Below, in pieces: positions 37,253 through 49,822 of a stretch of 64,000 bases of DNA. Positions within the stretch are counted from its first letter, which is position 1; every line of letters starts with the position of its first letter. Below the pieces are notes generated by a model that was not told where the DNA came from, made no database searches, and saw only the letters and a list, made by a program, of their open reading frames with translations. A program made the position numbers and the translations under genes. The DNA comes from Hypanus sabinus (taxonomy: Eukaryota): assembly GCF_030144855.1 (NCBI RefSeq), contig NC_082732.1, positions 33,294,001 to 33,358,000 on the forward strand, in the 5' to 3' direction.

Positions 37253-39359
37253 AAAGTTGCAAATCTTCCAGAAAAAAGAAACTCTGAAAATTAAGAATGT
37301 GAGAGATTGTGAGATGGGTTAATAGGTTAGTTGGTTGCATGGGTGTAATTAGGCAGTGTGGGTTCATTGGGACGGAAGAGCTTGTAACCTTGCTGTATAT
37401 TTCAATAAATAAAAGTAAATTAAAAATAAAAATTCTTCACTTCATTACTTATCAATAAGCTGATTTGTAGATTTGATATTGAGCTTTGATATAAAATCAA
37501 CTCGCTAGGAAGTGGTTATACATAGTTTAAAACCCTACTGGAATTGATGACATGTAATCCATGGCACTAATCACAGAGAGAAACCCAGGTAATAATTTGT
37601 ATCAATGACATCTTAGCTACTCTGGTGCGTGGCTCAAAGGTCACATTGTTTAAAAGTTGACTTAGATGTGCCTTGCAAAAGAGGGTGCTGCATACAAGTG
37701 TTGCATTTCCGTTTAATTTCTGGATCCTTGGGGTTCTTCTGGGAGTCAAAAATGGCGAGCATTCTTAATTCCAAGATTTCATTTATTTTAGTGTACAAAC
37801 AAACATGCAAATACTAAGCAAACTAAATAAAGAGCTGAGAGTGATGCTAAGAGGGGAATTAATGCTAAGTGTAAGACAAAGGAATAAAAGATGGCACTTT
37901 TGAAAAATCTATCACTTATAGATCAGGAAATTTTCTTAGCTAGCGGTAAATTAGTCAATAGACTGCATAATTAAAACAGTTACATCAAGTGGTTAGTGTG
38001 CTACTACCTATGCGATAAAGGTGATAAACCATTAGTTTAGCTGCTATACCGCTTTCTGCTAGTGAGTGTGAAAAATACATGAGTTTGTTAAAAAGTTCAA
38101 ATCTTATAAAAAGTATTATTTTAAAAAAACAGTATTTTCCAACAGAAGAAATGGTAAGGACATTTCATATCTTGGGAGAAAATGAATGATCTCTTATCTA
38201 TTTATTTTTGAAAGCTGGAGTGGTGCAGAATGGTTTGGAGGTGACAGGAAATAGGACAGTCTAAATCACAACATACTAGACTGCAATGCTTGAAATGTTG
38301 GTGGCAGTGGGGTCCTTTACTTCTCTGGGTAAACCTTTGACCCTTACATGAGCTTTTGGCCATTTCTTTTCACTGAAATGCTGGACAAGAAGATTATAGG
38401 AACATTAAACCTGTCTGAAATATCACATTATTTCAAGGATGATGACAGCAAAGTCCACAAGAATGTAAGGCAGTCAACATTGTAGTCCTGATGATGACAG
38501 TAATATGTTAATAATTGTGGAGGGGACATACTTTCATGAGCCTATTTGTCTCTTAGTCGGGGGGGGGGAGGGCTGATTGAAAGAAATGACAGATGTTACA
38601 TTTCTTGTAACCTACAGAGATACAGCTGTTGTAGAGGATCAAAATGTTGAGTCGACTGAAGCAAGAATGTATGGAACGCAAAATGCTTTCACTGTTTCAT
38701 TCCCATAGCATTGGAACGCTTATTTTCATACTTGAGTGTGAGAACTTGACTCCCTAACTTAACCCTTTAAGTAAACTCAAAACTTTTAGGCATGCAATGG
38801 CTTACAAATTCATGAGCGACAAGATTAAAGTTGCAAAGAATGAGGTTTGAATGGAAGTAAGAAGTATTTATGCAGAGATCAGCCAGTGTTCCTTTGGGGT
38901 AGGTTGTTGAGTTAGCCTGATAGAATCAAGGCACACTACTGTGAGATGTGCTCAGAATCCATATTGCATTGTGGACATGTCATTATGAGAGATTCTTGCA
39001 AATCAAATAACCAAAATATAATATTAGGTGTGAGAAGAGCAGATTCAATAAATCTGTCACTGCATTTGTTAAACTGTCAGCAGGAGTATTGCATGAAGCT
39101 GGATTGAGTTGCCAGAAAGGATGGTTGAAGTAATAGGAAGTGTTGTAATGGGAGATGCTGGGATGAAAGGAACCAGAGGATCATCTTCATTCCGATACAT
39201 GGTGTGAACAGGGAGGGAGATTCATGGCCTAGTAGAGTGAAATTAACTAATAACCATGTTCAAGGTAGTCCTGTTTAAAGTAAATGACCTCTTCAGTAAA
39301 AATAATTGGACTTTGCTTAACCTTCGGAAGGGTGTCAGCCTTAATGGTTCAATTTAATA

Positions 39360-39950
39360 TAGTGAAACCCCGATTTTACGCGCCGCGATTTAACGTGAAT
39401 TCGGATATAACGCGATGAGTCCTTGAACTCCATGTCCATCCATGTCCACATGAAGTCGTTACCACTTGAGTACACTCATAGCAGCAATACTTGGATGACA
39501 AGTGTCATCTTTGAGGATTGGTTTCACAAAACTTTTGTCCCTGCCATCTGCACTCATTTGCTCAGGCAAAAGCTAGAACCCAAAAGCTCACGGCCAGTGA
39601 CATGCTAAGTTCAAGTAAGGAACACTCGATCGCTTTTTAAAGAAATAAATTGTAAATGATGATTGCTAGTATTCTTGAATGTTTTTATTTGTTGTTTTGT
39701 GTATTAAAAACTTTACTAAAAATTAATTTGTGTTTTAATTTCTATAGTGACAACAACGATTTATTCGTGGAATTCTTTAATTCGAAGGTAATTTGCTTGC
39801 CAGAAAGTAAATGTGCAAAAAAATGGGTCAAATAGGGCGAAAATAAGGGTGTTTTAGGATGTTAGGTCAACATTGGGTCAGTTTGAATGCTTTTTAATCG
39901 TGATGACATTTTATGGACCCAAATGATCGCGTTATAACAGGGTTTCACTA
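39360..39950 (+). mobile_element. Internally deleted pogo/Tigger DNA transposon
   Basis: TIRs tagtgaaaccccgattttacgcg / cgcgttataacagggtttcacta; TA on both flanks; DDE_1 fragment LPLEYTHSSNTWMTSVIFEDWFHKTFVP. Confidence 0.92.
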
Positions 39951-40779
39951 TATCAGAGAATGTATCCGGTATCCAACCTGAAATTCTTACTCTTCACAGA
40001 GACATTCATGAAACAAGAAACTCCAAAGAATAATTGACAGTAACATCAGAACCACAAAGCCCCCCCCCCCCCCCGACGCACAAGCAGCACTAGAGGCATC
40101 GACCTTCCACCTCTCCACACTTGCACTGAAACCCCACCCCCCACTGTCACTGCACCATGCAAGCAATAGCAAAAGTATCCAAAGGGACCTTGATCGAGAG
40201 TCCATAACCCAGCACTTGGGTATCTCAGCCAGGCTCTTTCCCTCCATCGAGGGAGAGTGAGGCCGCTCCTGCAACAACGAGAGCGGGAGACCAGCAACTA
40301 GCTGTTCCAATGTTAGAACTTTTCCACAGCACTTATTGATCCCAAGCCTCCCGACCCGAGGGCTTGTCGCATTTAACAGGCATATCTAAGAATTATAGCT
40401 TAATTCTGCTGCCTGCAAATTGTTGGGAGAAAATAATAAAAAAAATATTCTTTCTCTTTTTTTAAAGAATAGATACAAATAAGAAGTAGAAACTGGAGCA
40501 GCCAAGTTGTTCCCTGCTGCGTTCTCCATTATGTTTTACTTCAGAGTAACGTTCCTGCACTAACCCGGTTTCCCTTTATTCCTCTCATATGCAAATATGT
40601 ACTGATCTCTGTCTTGAATGACTGATTGACTGAGCTTTCACAACCATTTCACAACCATTTTGGGTAGAAAATTCTAGAAGTTCAATATCCTCTGTGTCAA
40701 AAATATTCTCCTCAATGGTGTCCAGAATGGCCTACTGCTTTTGCTGAAAGAGGAGGGGGAGGGTAAGATATGTATGGAG

Positions 40780-41565
40780 ATAAAAGACCACTCCCCGCTG
40801 AACGTCGACGGCTCCTCGGTAGAGATCGTTCAGAGCACCAAATTTCTTAGTGTTCACCTGGCGGAGAATCTCACCTAGTCCGTCAACACCAGCTCCATAG
40901 TAAAGAAAGCCCAGCAGCGTCTCTACTTTCTGCGAAGGCTGAGAAAAGTCCATCTCCCACCCCCCCATCTTCATCACACTCTACATGGGTTGTATTGAGA
41001 GCGTCCTGAGCAGCTGCGTCACTGCCTGGTTCGGAAACTGCATCATCTCAGATAGCACGACCCTGCAACGGATAGTGAGGTCAGCTGAGAAGATCATCGG
41101 TGTCTCTTTTCCCGCCATTATGGACATTTAACTACCTACTGCATCCCCAAAGCATTATGAAGGACCCCACTCACCCCTCATACAAACTCTTCTCCTTCCT
41201 GTCATCTGGGAAAAGGCACCGAAGCATTTGGGCTGTCACGACCAGACTATGTAACAGTTTCTTCCCCCAAGCTATCAGACTCCTCATTACCCAGATACTG
41301 GACTGACACCAACTTACTGCCCTCTACTGTGCCTATAGTCTTGTTTATTATTTATTGTACTGCCTGCACTGTTTTGTGCACTCTATGCAGTTCTGGGTAG
41401 GTCTGTAGTCTAGTGTAGTTTTTTTTTTCCTGTGTTGTTTTTACATAGTTCAGTGTAGTTTTTGTACTGTTTCATGTAGCACCATGGTCCTGAAAAATGT
41501 CTCAATTTTTCTGTGTACTGTACCAGCCGTTATGGTCGAAATGACAATAAAAAGTGACGACTTGA
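40780..41565 (+). mobile_element. Rex1/Babar-type LINE 3' fragment, inserted in an old Penelope relic (about 40735-40778 and 41566-41830)
   Basis: KKAQQRLYFLRRLRK; IMKDPTHPSYKLFSFLSSGKR...RLCNSFFPQAIRLL; aaatgacaataaa tail. Confidence 0.9.
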
Positions 41566-41854
41566 TGTGAAGTTGGCAGAAATAGTGATAGATGGTGTAT
41601 TGAATGCAGAGGCTGCTGAGGTGGAAAGTAAGGATCAGGAGAACTCTATCTTTGCTTGAAGATGAAAGGTGTTGAGTGCATGAACATGGAAAATAAATGT
41701 GATGTGGTCAAGTTAATTCTGGATTCTGCTAATTGGGATGGAGGGGTCTTCATGATTCAGGAAGACAGAAAACTCCAGAGCAGCAAAGTGGAATATTTTA
41801 ATCACTGGAGCTAAATAAAGGGAATCTCTTTTGTTGGACAAAGTAGTTGAGACA

Positions 41855-42722
41855 TAAACACATGCAAAATGTTGGAGGAACTCAGCAGGTCGGGCAGCAT
41901 CTACAAAAAAGAATACAGAGTCAATGTTTTGGGCCGAGACTGGGAGTGAGCTGCCTCTTATAGGATGTTTGTTTAGATAAAAAGATAGATACTTTATTGA
42001 TCCCAAAGGAAATTAGTGTCACAGTAGCGTAACAAGTGTACAGATACACAAATATTAGAAAAGTAGTAAGAAAGAATAAAAAATAAGTTATCTCAAACAG
42101 GAGAGGGTCATCACTTTCTTTGGCTATAGATTGACTCATTATAGAGCCAAATGGCTGAGGGTAAGAATTACCTCATATAGTGCTCTTTGGGGCAGTGAAG
42201 TTGTCTTAGTCTTTTTCTAAAAGTGCTCCTCTGTTCAGCCAAGGTGGCATGCAGAGGGTGAGAAGCATTGTCCGGAATTGCCAGAATTTTACATAGGGTC
42301 CTTTGTTCTACCACAGCCTCCACTGAGTCCAGTTTGACTCCTGTAACAGAGCCAGCCTTTCTAATCAGTATATTGAGCCTGTCGCCTGAGATGGTGACAG
42401 ATCCAGAAAGTGAAGGCAGATGTCAAACATGTAACATATGAAAGTGAGTACAGGGAAAAATTAATGATGTACAGTATGTAATGGCATTTTTGAGTTCTGC
42501 CCGAGTACAGGAAGCAGCAAACTGTCAGTGATATACTGGAAGATGATATGAGGCAGGAAATCCGAACAGGAATGTAGCAAAAAATTATTCTGTGTCTCCT
42601 ACAAAAAACAACCAAAGCTTGGACTCATATGAGTTCCCATAGCAGTGCAATCAATCTGGAGAGCGCAAATGGAGTTGAAAGAAGTCGTTTTGTTTTTTTA
42701 ATGCTTAGATGTTTAAACATTT
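41855..42722 (-). mobile_element. Composite non-autonomous Penelope derivative, copy 2 (interrupted at 41975-42376)
   Basis: Same junction ttttgggc.gagactgg(g)agt and same RT block (aatggcatttttgagttctgcc.gagtacaggaag..gcaaactgtca..gatatactggaaga) as 28505-29030. Confidence 0.8.
41975..42376 (-). mobile_element. Rex1/Babar LINE 3' end with (ATCT)-like tail
   Basis: Minus strand RLNILIRKAGSV...DNASHPLH...FLPSAIWLYN. Confidence 0.85.
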
Positions 42723-42954
42723 TGAAACCTGAAGTCTTTGGCATCTTGTTCATACTGTTTTTAATTCTCTCTTGCTGCTTTTCGAAACTACACGTAAATG
42801 TAGTAATATCTAAATGATTAAATCCCATTATATTCATCAAGTGAAAAATGGGCCTTTAATTGAGTTTAAAGCTGTGTTTGATATTTTTAAAGAATTAGTT
42901 CAGCCAGACAGAGCATATTAATGGAGGAAAACTGGTTCAGGCTTTACTTTATCT

Positions 42955-43150
42955 TATTAGAGATAGAGCACAGGAGCAGGCCCTTTGAGCCCAATGAGTC
43001 CACACTGCCCAACTACACGCATGTGACAAATTAACCCACTGATCCACGTGCCTTTGGAGGTGGGAGGAAACTGGAGCATTAGGGAAACTCCTTACAGACA
43101 GTGGTGGGATTGAAACTGAATCACTGGCACTGTAATAGTTTTATGCTAAG
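42955..43150 (-). mobile_element. V-SINE (degenerate)
   Basis: gtgggaggaaactggagca; gggattgaaac. Confidence 0.7.
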
Positions 43151-43363
43151 CTCCTTGCATGGCCCAGCGGAAGTAACAGAGAGCCCTCAGAGTAATCTGA
43201 AATGCCGCAGTTGTAAGTGAACCCAGGGAGAATTAAGTTTGGTGGGACAAGAACAGGCTGAGATAATTTTCTACTAGAACAATTCTGCTTAAGGATGTTG
43301 AGCAGGAGGCTGAGAGTCTGCATGGCTAGATGCATGAAACTATGAAGGGAAGATCTTCTGAGG

Positions 43364-46335
43364 ACATAAGACATAGGAGCAGAATTAAGCCATTTTGGCC
43401 CATTGAGTCTGCTCCACCATTTAATCATGGCTGATCCTTTTTTCGTCTCCTCCTCAACCCCAGTTCCTGGCCTTCTCCCCTAACCTTTGATGCCATGTCC
43501 AATCAAAAACCTATCAACCTCTGCCTTAAATACACCCAACAACCTGGCCTCCACAGCTGCATATAACCATATAACAATTACAGCACAGAAACAGGCCATC
43601 TTGGTCCTTCTAGTCCATGCCGAATGCTTACACTCACCTAGTCCCACTGACCCGCACTCAGCCCATAACCCTCCATTCCTTTCCTGTCCATATACCTATC
43701 CAATTTTACTTTAAATGACAATACTGAACCTGCCTCTACCACTTCTACTAGAAGCTCATTCTACACAGTGACCACTCTCTGAGTAAAGAAATTCCCATTC
43801 ATGTTACCCTTAAACTTTTGCCCCCTAACTCTCAACTCATGTCCTCTTGTTTGAAACTCCCCTACTCTCAATGGAAAAAGCCTATCCACGTCAACTCTAT
43901 CTATCCCCCTCATAATTTTAAATACCTCTATCAAGTCCCTCCTCAACCTTCAATGCTCCAAAGATTAAAGACCTAACTTGTTCAATCTTTCCCTGTAACT
44001 TAGGTGCCAAAACCCAGGTAACATTCTAGTAAATCTTCTCTGTACTCTCTCTATTTTGTTGACATCTTTCCTATAATTTGGTGACCAGAACTGTACACAG
44101 TACTCCAAATTCGGCCTTACCAATGCCTTGTACAATTTTAACATTACATCCCAACTCCTATACTCAATGCTCTGATTTATAAAGGCCAACATACGAAAAG
44201 CTTTCTTCACCAACCTATTCTCGTGAGATTCCACCTTCAGGGAACTATGCAGCATTATTCCTAGATCACTCTGTTCTACTGCATTCCTCAATGCCCTACC
44301 ATTTACCATGTATGTCCTATTTTGATTATTCCTACCAAAATGTATCACCTCACACTTATCAGCATTAACCTCCATCTGCCATCGTTCAGCCCACTCTTCT
44401 AACTGGCCTAAATCTCTCTGCAAACTTTGAAAACCTATTTCATTATCCACAATGCCACCTACCTTAGTATCATCTGCATACTTACTAATCCAATTTACCA
44501 CCTCATCATCCAGATCATCAATGTATATGACAAACATCATTGGACCCAGTACAGATCCCTGAGGCACACCAGCCTCCAACCTGACAAACAGTTATCCACC
44601 ACTACTCTCTGGCATCTCCCATTCAGCCACTGTTGAATCCATTTTACTACTTCAATATTAATACCTAACAATTAAACCTTCCATGTGGAACCTTGTCAAA
44701 GGCCTTACTGAAGACCAGATGGACAACATCCATTGCTTTACCCTCGTCAACTTTCCTCGTAACCTTTTCAAAAAATTTAATAAGATTTGTCAAACATGAC
44801 CTTCCACGCACACATCCATGTTGACTGTTCTACCTGCATGTGGCAACAAATTCTACAAATTCACCACCCTTTGGCTAAAGAAATTTCTCCACATCCATTT
44901 TGAAAGGGCGCCCTTCTATCCTGAGGCTGTGCCCTCTTGTCCTTGACTCTTCCACCATGGGAAACATCCTTACCACATCTGCTCTGTTTAGACCTTTCAA
45001 CATTCGAAAGGTTTCAATGAGATCCCCCCCTTGTCCTTCTGAATTCCAGCGAGTACAGACCCAGAGCCATTAAATGTTCCTTTATGATAGCCCCTTCATT
45101 CCTGGATTCTCCCTTGTGAACCTCCTCTGGACACTCTCCAATGCCAGCACATCTTTTCTAAGATGAGGGGCCCAAAACTGTTCACAATACTCAAGGTGAG
45201 GACTCACCAGTGCCTTATAAAGCCTCAGCTCTTGTATTCTAGACCTCTTGAAATGAATGCTAACATGGCATTTTCCTTCCTCACCTCTGACTGAACCTGC
45301 AATTAACCTTTAGGGTGTTCTGCACAAGGACTCCCAAGTCCCTTTGCATCTTAGATTTTTGGATTTTAGAAAATAGTCCACATATTTATTTCTATTACCA
45401 AAGTGCATGACCCTGCATTTTCCAACATTGTATTTCATTTGCCACTTTCTTGCCCATTCTTCTAATCTGTCTAAGTCCTTCTACATCCTACCTGTTTCCT
45501 CAACACTACCTGCCCCTCCACCAATCTTTGTCTCATCTGCAAACTTGGCAACAAAGCCATCTATTTCATCAGCTAAATCATTGATATACAGCATAAAAAA
45601 AAGTAGTCCCAACACCGACCCCAATGGAACACCACTAGTCACTGGTAGCCTACCAGAAAAGGATCCTTTTATTCCTACTCGCTGCCTGCTACCAAATCAG
45701 CTAATGCTCGAACCATGTTAATAACTTTCCTGTAATACCTTGGGCTCTTAAATTAGTAAGCAGTCTCATGTGTGGGACCTTGTCAAAGGCCTTCTGAAAG
45801 TCCATATAAACAACATCCATGCATCTATCCTACTTGTAACCCCCTCAAAGAATTCCAACAGGTTTGTCAGGTAGGATTTTCCCAGAAAGAAACCATGCTG
45901 ACTTTGCAGTATCTTGTCCAGTGTCACCAAGTACTCCATCACCTCATCCTTAATAATTGACTCCAACATCTTCCCCAACCACTGAGGTTAGGCTAACTGG
46001 TCTATAATTTCCTTTCTGCTGCCTTCCTCCTTTCTTAAAGAGTGGAGTGACATTTGCAATTTTCCAGTCCTCTGGCACCATGCCAGAGTCCAATGATTTT
46101 TGAAAAACAATCTCTAACACTACCTCTTTCAGAACCCTAGAGTTCATCTCGTCTGGGTGACTTATGTACCTTTAGGTCTTACAGCTTTTTGAGCACCTTC
46201 TCTCTTGTAACAGTAACTGCATCCACTTCTCTTCCTTCACACACTACCACATCAGGTATACTGCTAATGTCTTCCACAGGGAAGACTGATGCAAAATACT
46301 CATTTAGTTCATCAGCCATCTCTTTTTCCCCATTA
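43364..46335 (-). mobile_element. CR1 LINE (43364-43560 and 44831-46335) split by a second CR1 family
   Basis: ORFs 45766-46147 (VPEDWKIANVTPLFKKG..NYRPVSLTSVVG; SQHGF..GKSYLTNLLEFFE); ctgcat duplicated at both junctions. Confidence 0.92.
43561..44830 (-). mobile_element. CR1 LINE, younger family with (ATATGGTT)-type tail
   Basis: ORF 43965-44579 GVPQGSVLGP..SKYADDTK..VRPNLEYCVQFWSP; related to 56645-59005. Confidence 0.95.
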
Positions 46336-47087
46336 TTATTTCTCCTGCCTCATGAAGCCTGATTTGAACTGGAAGAATGCCTAGTTAGGATTGCAGCAAA
46401 CCAAATTTCTGAATTTGACATCTTTCACGTGGTGCTACGTACACTCATATAACATGTGGACACATTCTGAACTAGAGCTCCAGTCATTACCTAGTGGTCC
46501 AATTGACCATTTGAGATTCCTTCTGGGATGGAAGTGCATTAGGTATGTTGATAACTTCGGATCCTCTTAACGCTCTAGTTTCATGGTTTTTGCTCAGAAC
46601 CATAAAGGATATTAATGTACTTGAGAAGGAGCAGGAAATATTTGGAAGGCTGCTACTAGATTCTGGGAAGTGTGCTGTCAGGATTTTTTACTTTAAGATT
46701 GGGCTGTTTTCCTCCTGACAGGAGGTTTATAGCTGTGAAGAAATATCATTAGATGGATGTGCGCATGTGGGTGGATAGAGCTTAAAGGAGATAAATGCAA
46801 AGCAATTAGTAACAGATCAAGTAAAGAATTTAACTAGGAATTATTTTATACACTGGGAAGGAGCACTACTGCCAAATGGAATGATTAAAACTGCATCAAC
46901 AGGATGTCCAAACATGAGAGGGGAGATTTAGTGAGAACACATTGGTTGAGATCTGCAGAAGCAAGTAGAGATGGGAGAGGCTTTGTTTAAATATTGCTAC
47001 CAGCATTGTCTAGTTATATCAAATATCTGTTTTTATGTTTTAGATTTCTGTCTTTGCTGTTCTTTTCAAAGAAGTGTGCTTGCACCT

Positions 47088-47635
47088 GAACATAAGACCA
47101 TATGATATAGGAGCAGAATTAGGCTCATCGAGTCTACTCTGCCATTTCATCATGGCTGATCCATGTTCCCTCTCAGCCCCAATCTCTCGCCTTCTCTCTG
47201 TGTCCCTTCATGCCCTGATCAGTCAAGAATTTATCAACCTTTGCCTTAAATATACACAATGATTTGCCTCCACAGCTGCCTGTGGCAATGAATTCCATAG
47301 ATTCACCACTCTTTGGTGAAAGAAGTTTCTCAATTCCCCTCTGTTCTGAGGTTGTGTCCTCTGGTCCAAGATTCTCTCACCATAAGAAACATCCTCTCCA
47401 CATCCTCACTATCGAGGCCTTTCACCATTCGATAGGTGTCAATTAGGTCCCTCCTCATTCTTCTGAATTCTGTTGATTACAGGGCCAGAGCCTTCAAACA
47501 TTCTTCCTGGAGTCATTTTGATGAACCTCCCTTGAGTCCTGTCCAGTGTCAACACATCCTTTCCTAGATAGGGAGATTGAAACTGCTCATAGTGAGGCCT
47601 CACCAGTGCCTTATAAAACCTCAACATGACTGCCA
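47088..47635 (-). mobile_element. CR1 3' fragment
   Basis: ORF 47439-47645 (RFYKALVRPH); 3' UTR taggagcagaattaggc. Confidence 0.85.
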
Positions 47636-48424
47636 CTCCTCCCAAAATCCACCAATTCTAGCTTGACATTAGATTATAGACTATCCTTGAAGTTAATTGA
47701 GACATTGAAATAAAGAGAGGTTTGTTGAAGCCTGTTAACATACTTTGCGCAGAATCATTGATATGCTCCTGGACATTAGTGAAGAGTGACTCCAGTCCCT
47801 TTCTCACATTTCTGATTTCAAGATTTTGCTTGCAGTGAACATCATAATTAAAAAGTCCAGTACATCAAATATGTTTTAAAGCACATTTTCACAGCACTGC
47901 TGGCATCTAATCATAGCCTTCAGTTACTTGGAAGGTTAAAAGAGCTGGCCTCTGACCCCTGACCCTTGCGCAGTAGGGGAGGTGGTGTCAGTTCCAACAA
48001 AACCAAACCAAGAGGGCCCAGTGAGGACTGATGTCAATGACGAAGCCTTTTACTGGCCTGCCTGTCAAATCTCGTAACCAAACATCAGTGGACCCCTGGG
48101 GAAAGGAAACTGATCTGGATAGACAACTGAAAACGAAATGCGTAAAGGATACAAGGAAGCAAGAGAGGCGAGACCATGCCAGACCTTATATACTTGTCCA
48201 AATGATTTCAATAAGAGCTCACCAGTATGTTGGACTGCTGAGTGATGCCAGTCCTTCATTGTAGGAGGCCCTGGGTGTTGAAGAGTCTTTGGGATTCTTG
48301 CGGAAATACAATTCGTACAGTTTCTTGCCACATGTCCAATCCTTGGATTCAGGGTTCCTTTCAAGCAACAGGGACACCATTCCCTGTGCAAGTGGCTGGG
48401 AACACAGTGCAACTGTGACAAATA

Positions 48425-49085
48425 CACTCAGTGGCCCCTTTATTAGCTACAGGAGTGCACCTAATAAAGAGGCCATAGGAGTGGAACCCAGTGTTGTCTT
48501 CTGCTGCTGTAGCCCATCCACTTGAAGGTTTAACATGTTGTGCATTCAGAGAAGCTCTTCTGCACACCACTGTTGCAAAATGTGGTTATTTGAGTTACTG
48601 TCACCTTCCTGTCAGCTTGAACCAGTCTGGCCATTCTGCTCTGACCTCTCTCATTAACAAAGAATTTTCACCCACAGAACTGCGGCTCACAGCAACACAC
48701 ACAAAATGCTGGAGGGACTCAGCAGGCCTGGCAGCATCTAGGAAAAGAGTACAGTTAACGTTTCGGGCTGAAATCCTTTGGCAGGACTGCTCACAGGATC
48801 TTTTTTTTTGTTTTACACACCATTCTCTGTAAACTCTAGGGAATGTTGTATGTGACAATCCCGGGAGATCAGCGGTTTCAAACACCCTGTATGGCACCAA
48901 CAATCATTCCACGGTCAAAGTCACTTAGATTGCATTTCTTACCCATTCTGATCTTTGGTTTGAATAACAACTGAACGTCTTGACCATGTCTCCATGCTTT
49001 TATGCATTGAGTTGCTGCCACATGATTATCTCATTTGATATTTGCATGAAAGAGCAGGTGTACCTAATAATGTGGCCACTGAGTA
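48425..49085. mobile_element. Non-autonomous Tc1/mariner element
   Basis: TIRs cactcagtggcccctttattagctaca / tgtacctaataatgtggccactgagta; TA on both flanks; an inner inverted copy of the TIR at about 48453-48476. Confidence 0.9.
48693..48788 (-). mobile_element. 96-bp solo Penelope terminal module inserted in the Tc1 element
   Basis: Flanked by 8-bp direct repeat gctcacag (48685-48692, 48789-48796); hammerhead scaffold with altered core CUGCCAA. Confidence 0.85.
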
Positions 49086-49513
49086 TATGTTGAGAACCAG
49101 TGGCATGAAAGTGATGCTGGGGCAGTTGGAAGGTTTAGGTCGGCTCAAGTGTTGACAAACTTAAAAATGGATGCTCTCTCAGGACCCAGCAAAGCAACCC
49201 AGTTACAATGGACTTGGGCCTCCCACTTCAGTGAAATGGCTGCTGTTTCATAACTTTCATGCAATAGCTTCAAAACCATTGTTGCTGATATTCTGCAAAA
49301 GTCTAAGATATGTTTCAGGGCCCCCTGGAGTTGAGGTTTGGTGCCATTGTTACCATCTTGGGTAAACCAGAGATCATTCAAGTGCAAGCCTCGCCAGCAA
49401 TGCCCACCACCTCAAAGTAGGTACTAAAAGAAACTGGAGACACAGGGATCCATTATAGAAGTCTGTATCTTGGTATCATTAGTGGCAACTTTTCAATTAA
49501 TGTACATGCACAC

Positions 49514-49689
49514 NNNNNNNNNNNNNNNNNNNNNNNNNNNNNNNNNNNNNNNNNNNNNNNNNNNNNNNNNNNNNNNNNNNNNNNNNNNNNNNNNNNNNNN
49601 NNNNNNNNNNNNNNNNNNNNNNNNNNNNNNNNNNNNNNNNNNNNNNNNNNNNNNNNNNNNNNNNNNNNNNNNNNNNNNNNNNNNNNNNN
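49514..49689. other. Assembly gap (176 N)
   Basis: Run of N. Confidence 1.
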
Positions 49690-49822
49690 TTTACCCAAAC
49701 TGTAAGCCTTATAACCTCGCCATAGACTGGCGTCCTATCCAGGTGTGGAAGTCTCGTACTCTCAGTCGCGTCACGCCACTGAAACCGGCATAAGCACTGA
49801 CCTGATGAGCCTGTAAGGGAAT
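49690..49822 (+). mobile_element. SINE 3' half with Meta-domain-like core (MetaSINE-like)
   Basis: gactggcgtcctatccagg...gtcgcgtcacgccactgaaaccggcataagc...cctgatgagcc resembles the recalled MetaSINE core; the 5' half falls in the gap. Confidence 0.6.

Noticed and set aside
49780-49812. gaaac...ctgatgag as a hammerhead ribozyme
   Set aside because: There is no UH site or stem I hairpin between GAAA and CUGAUGA; it is part of the SINE core.
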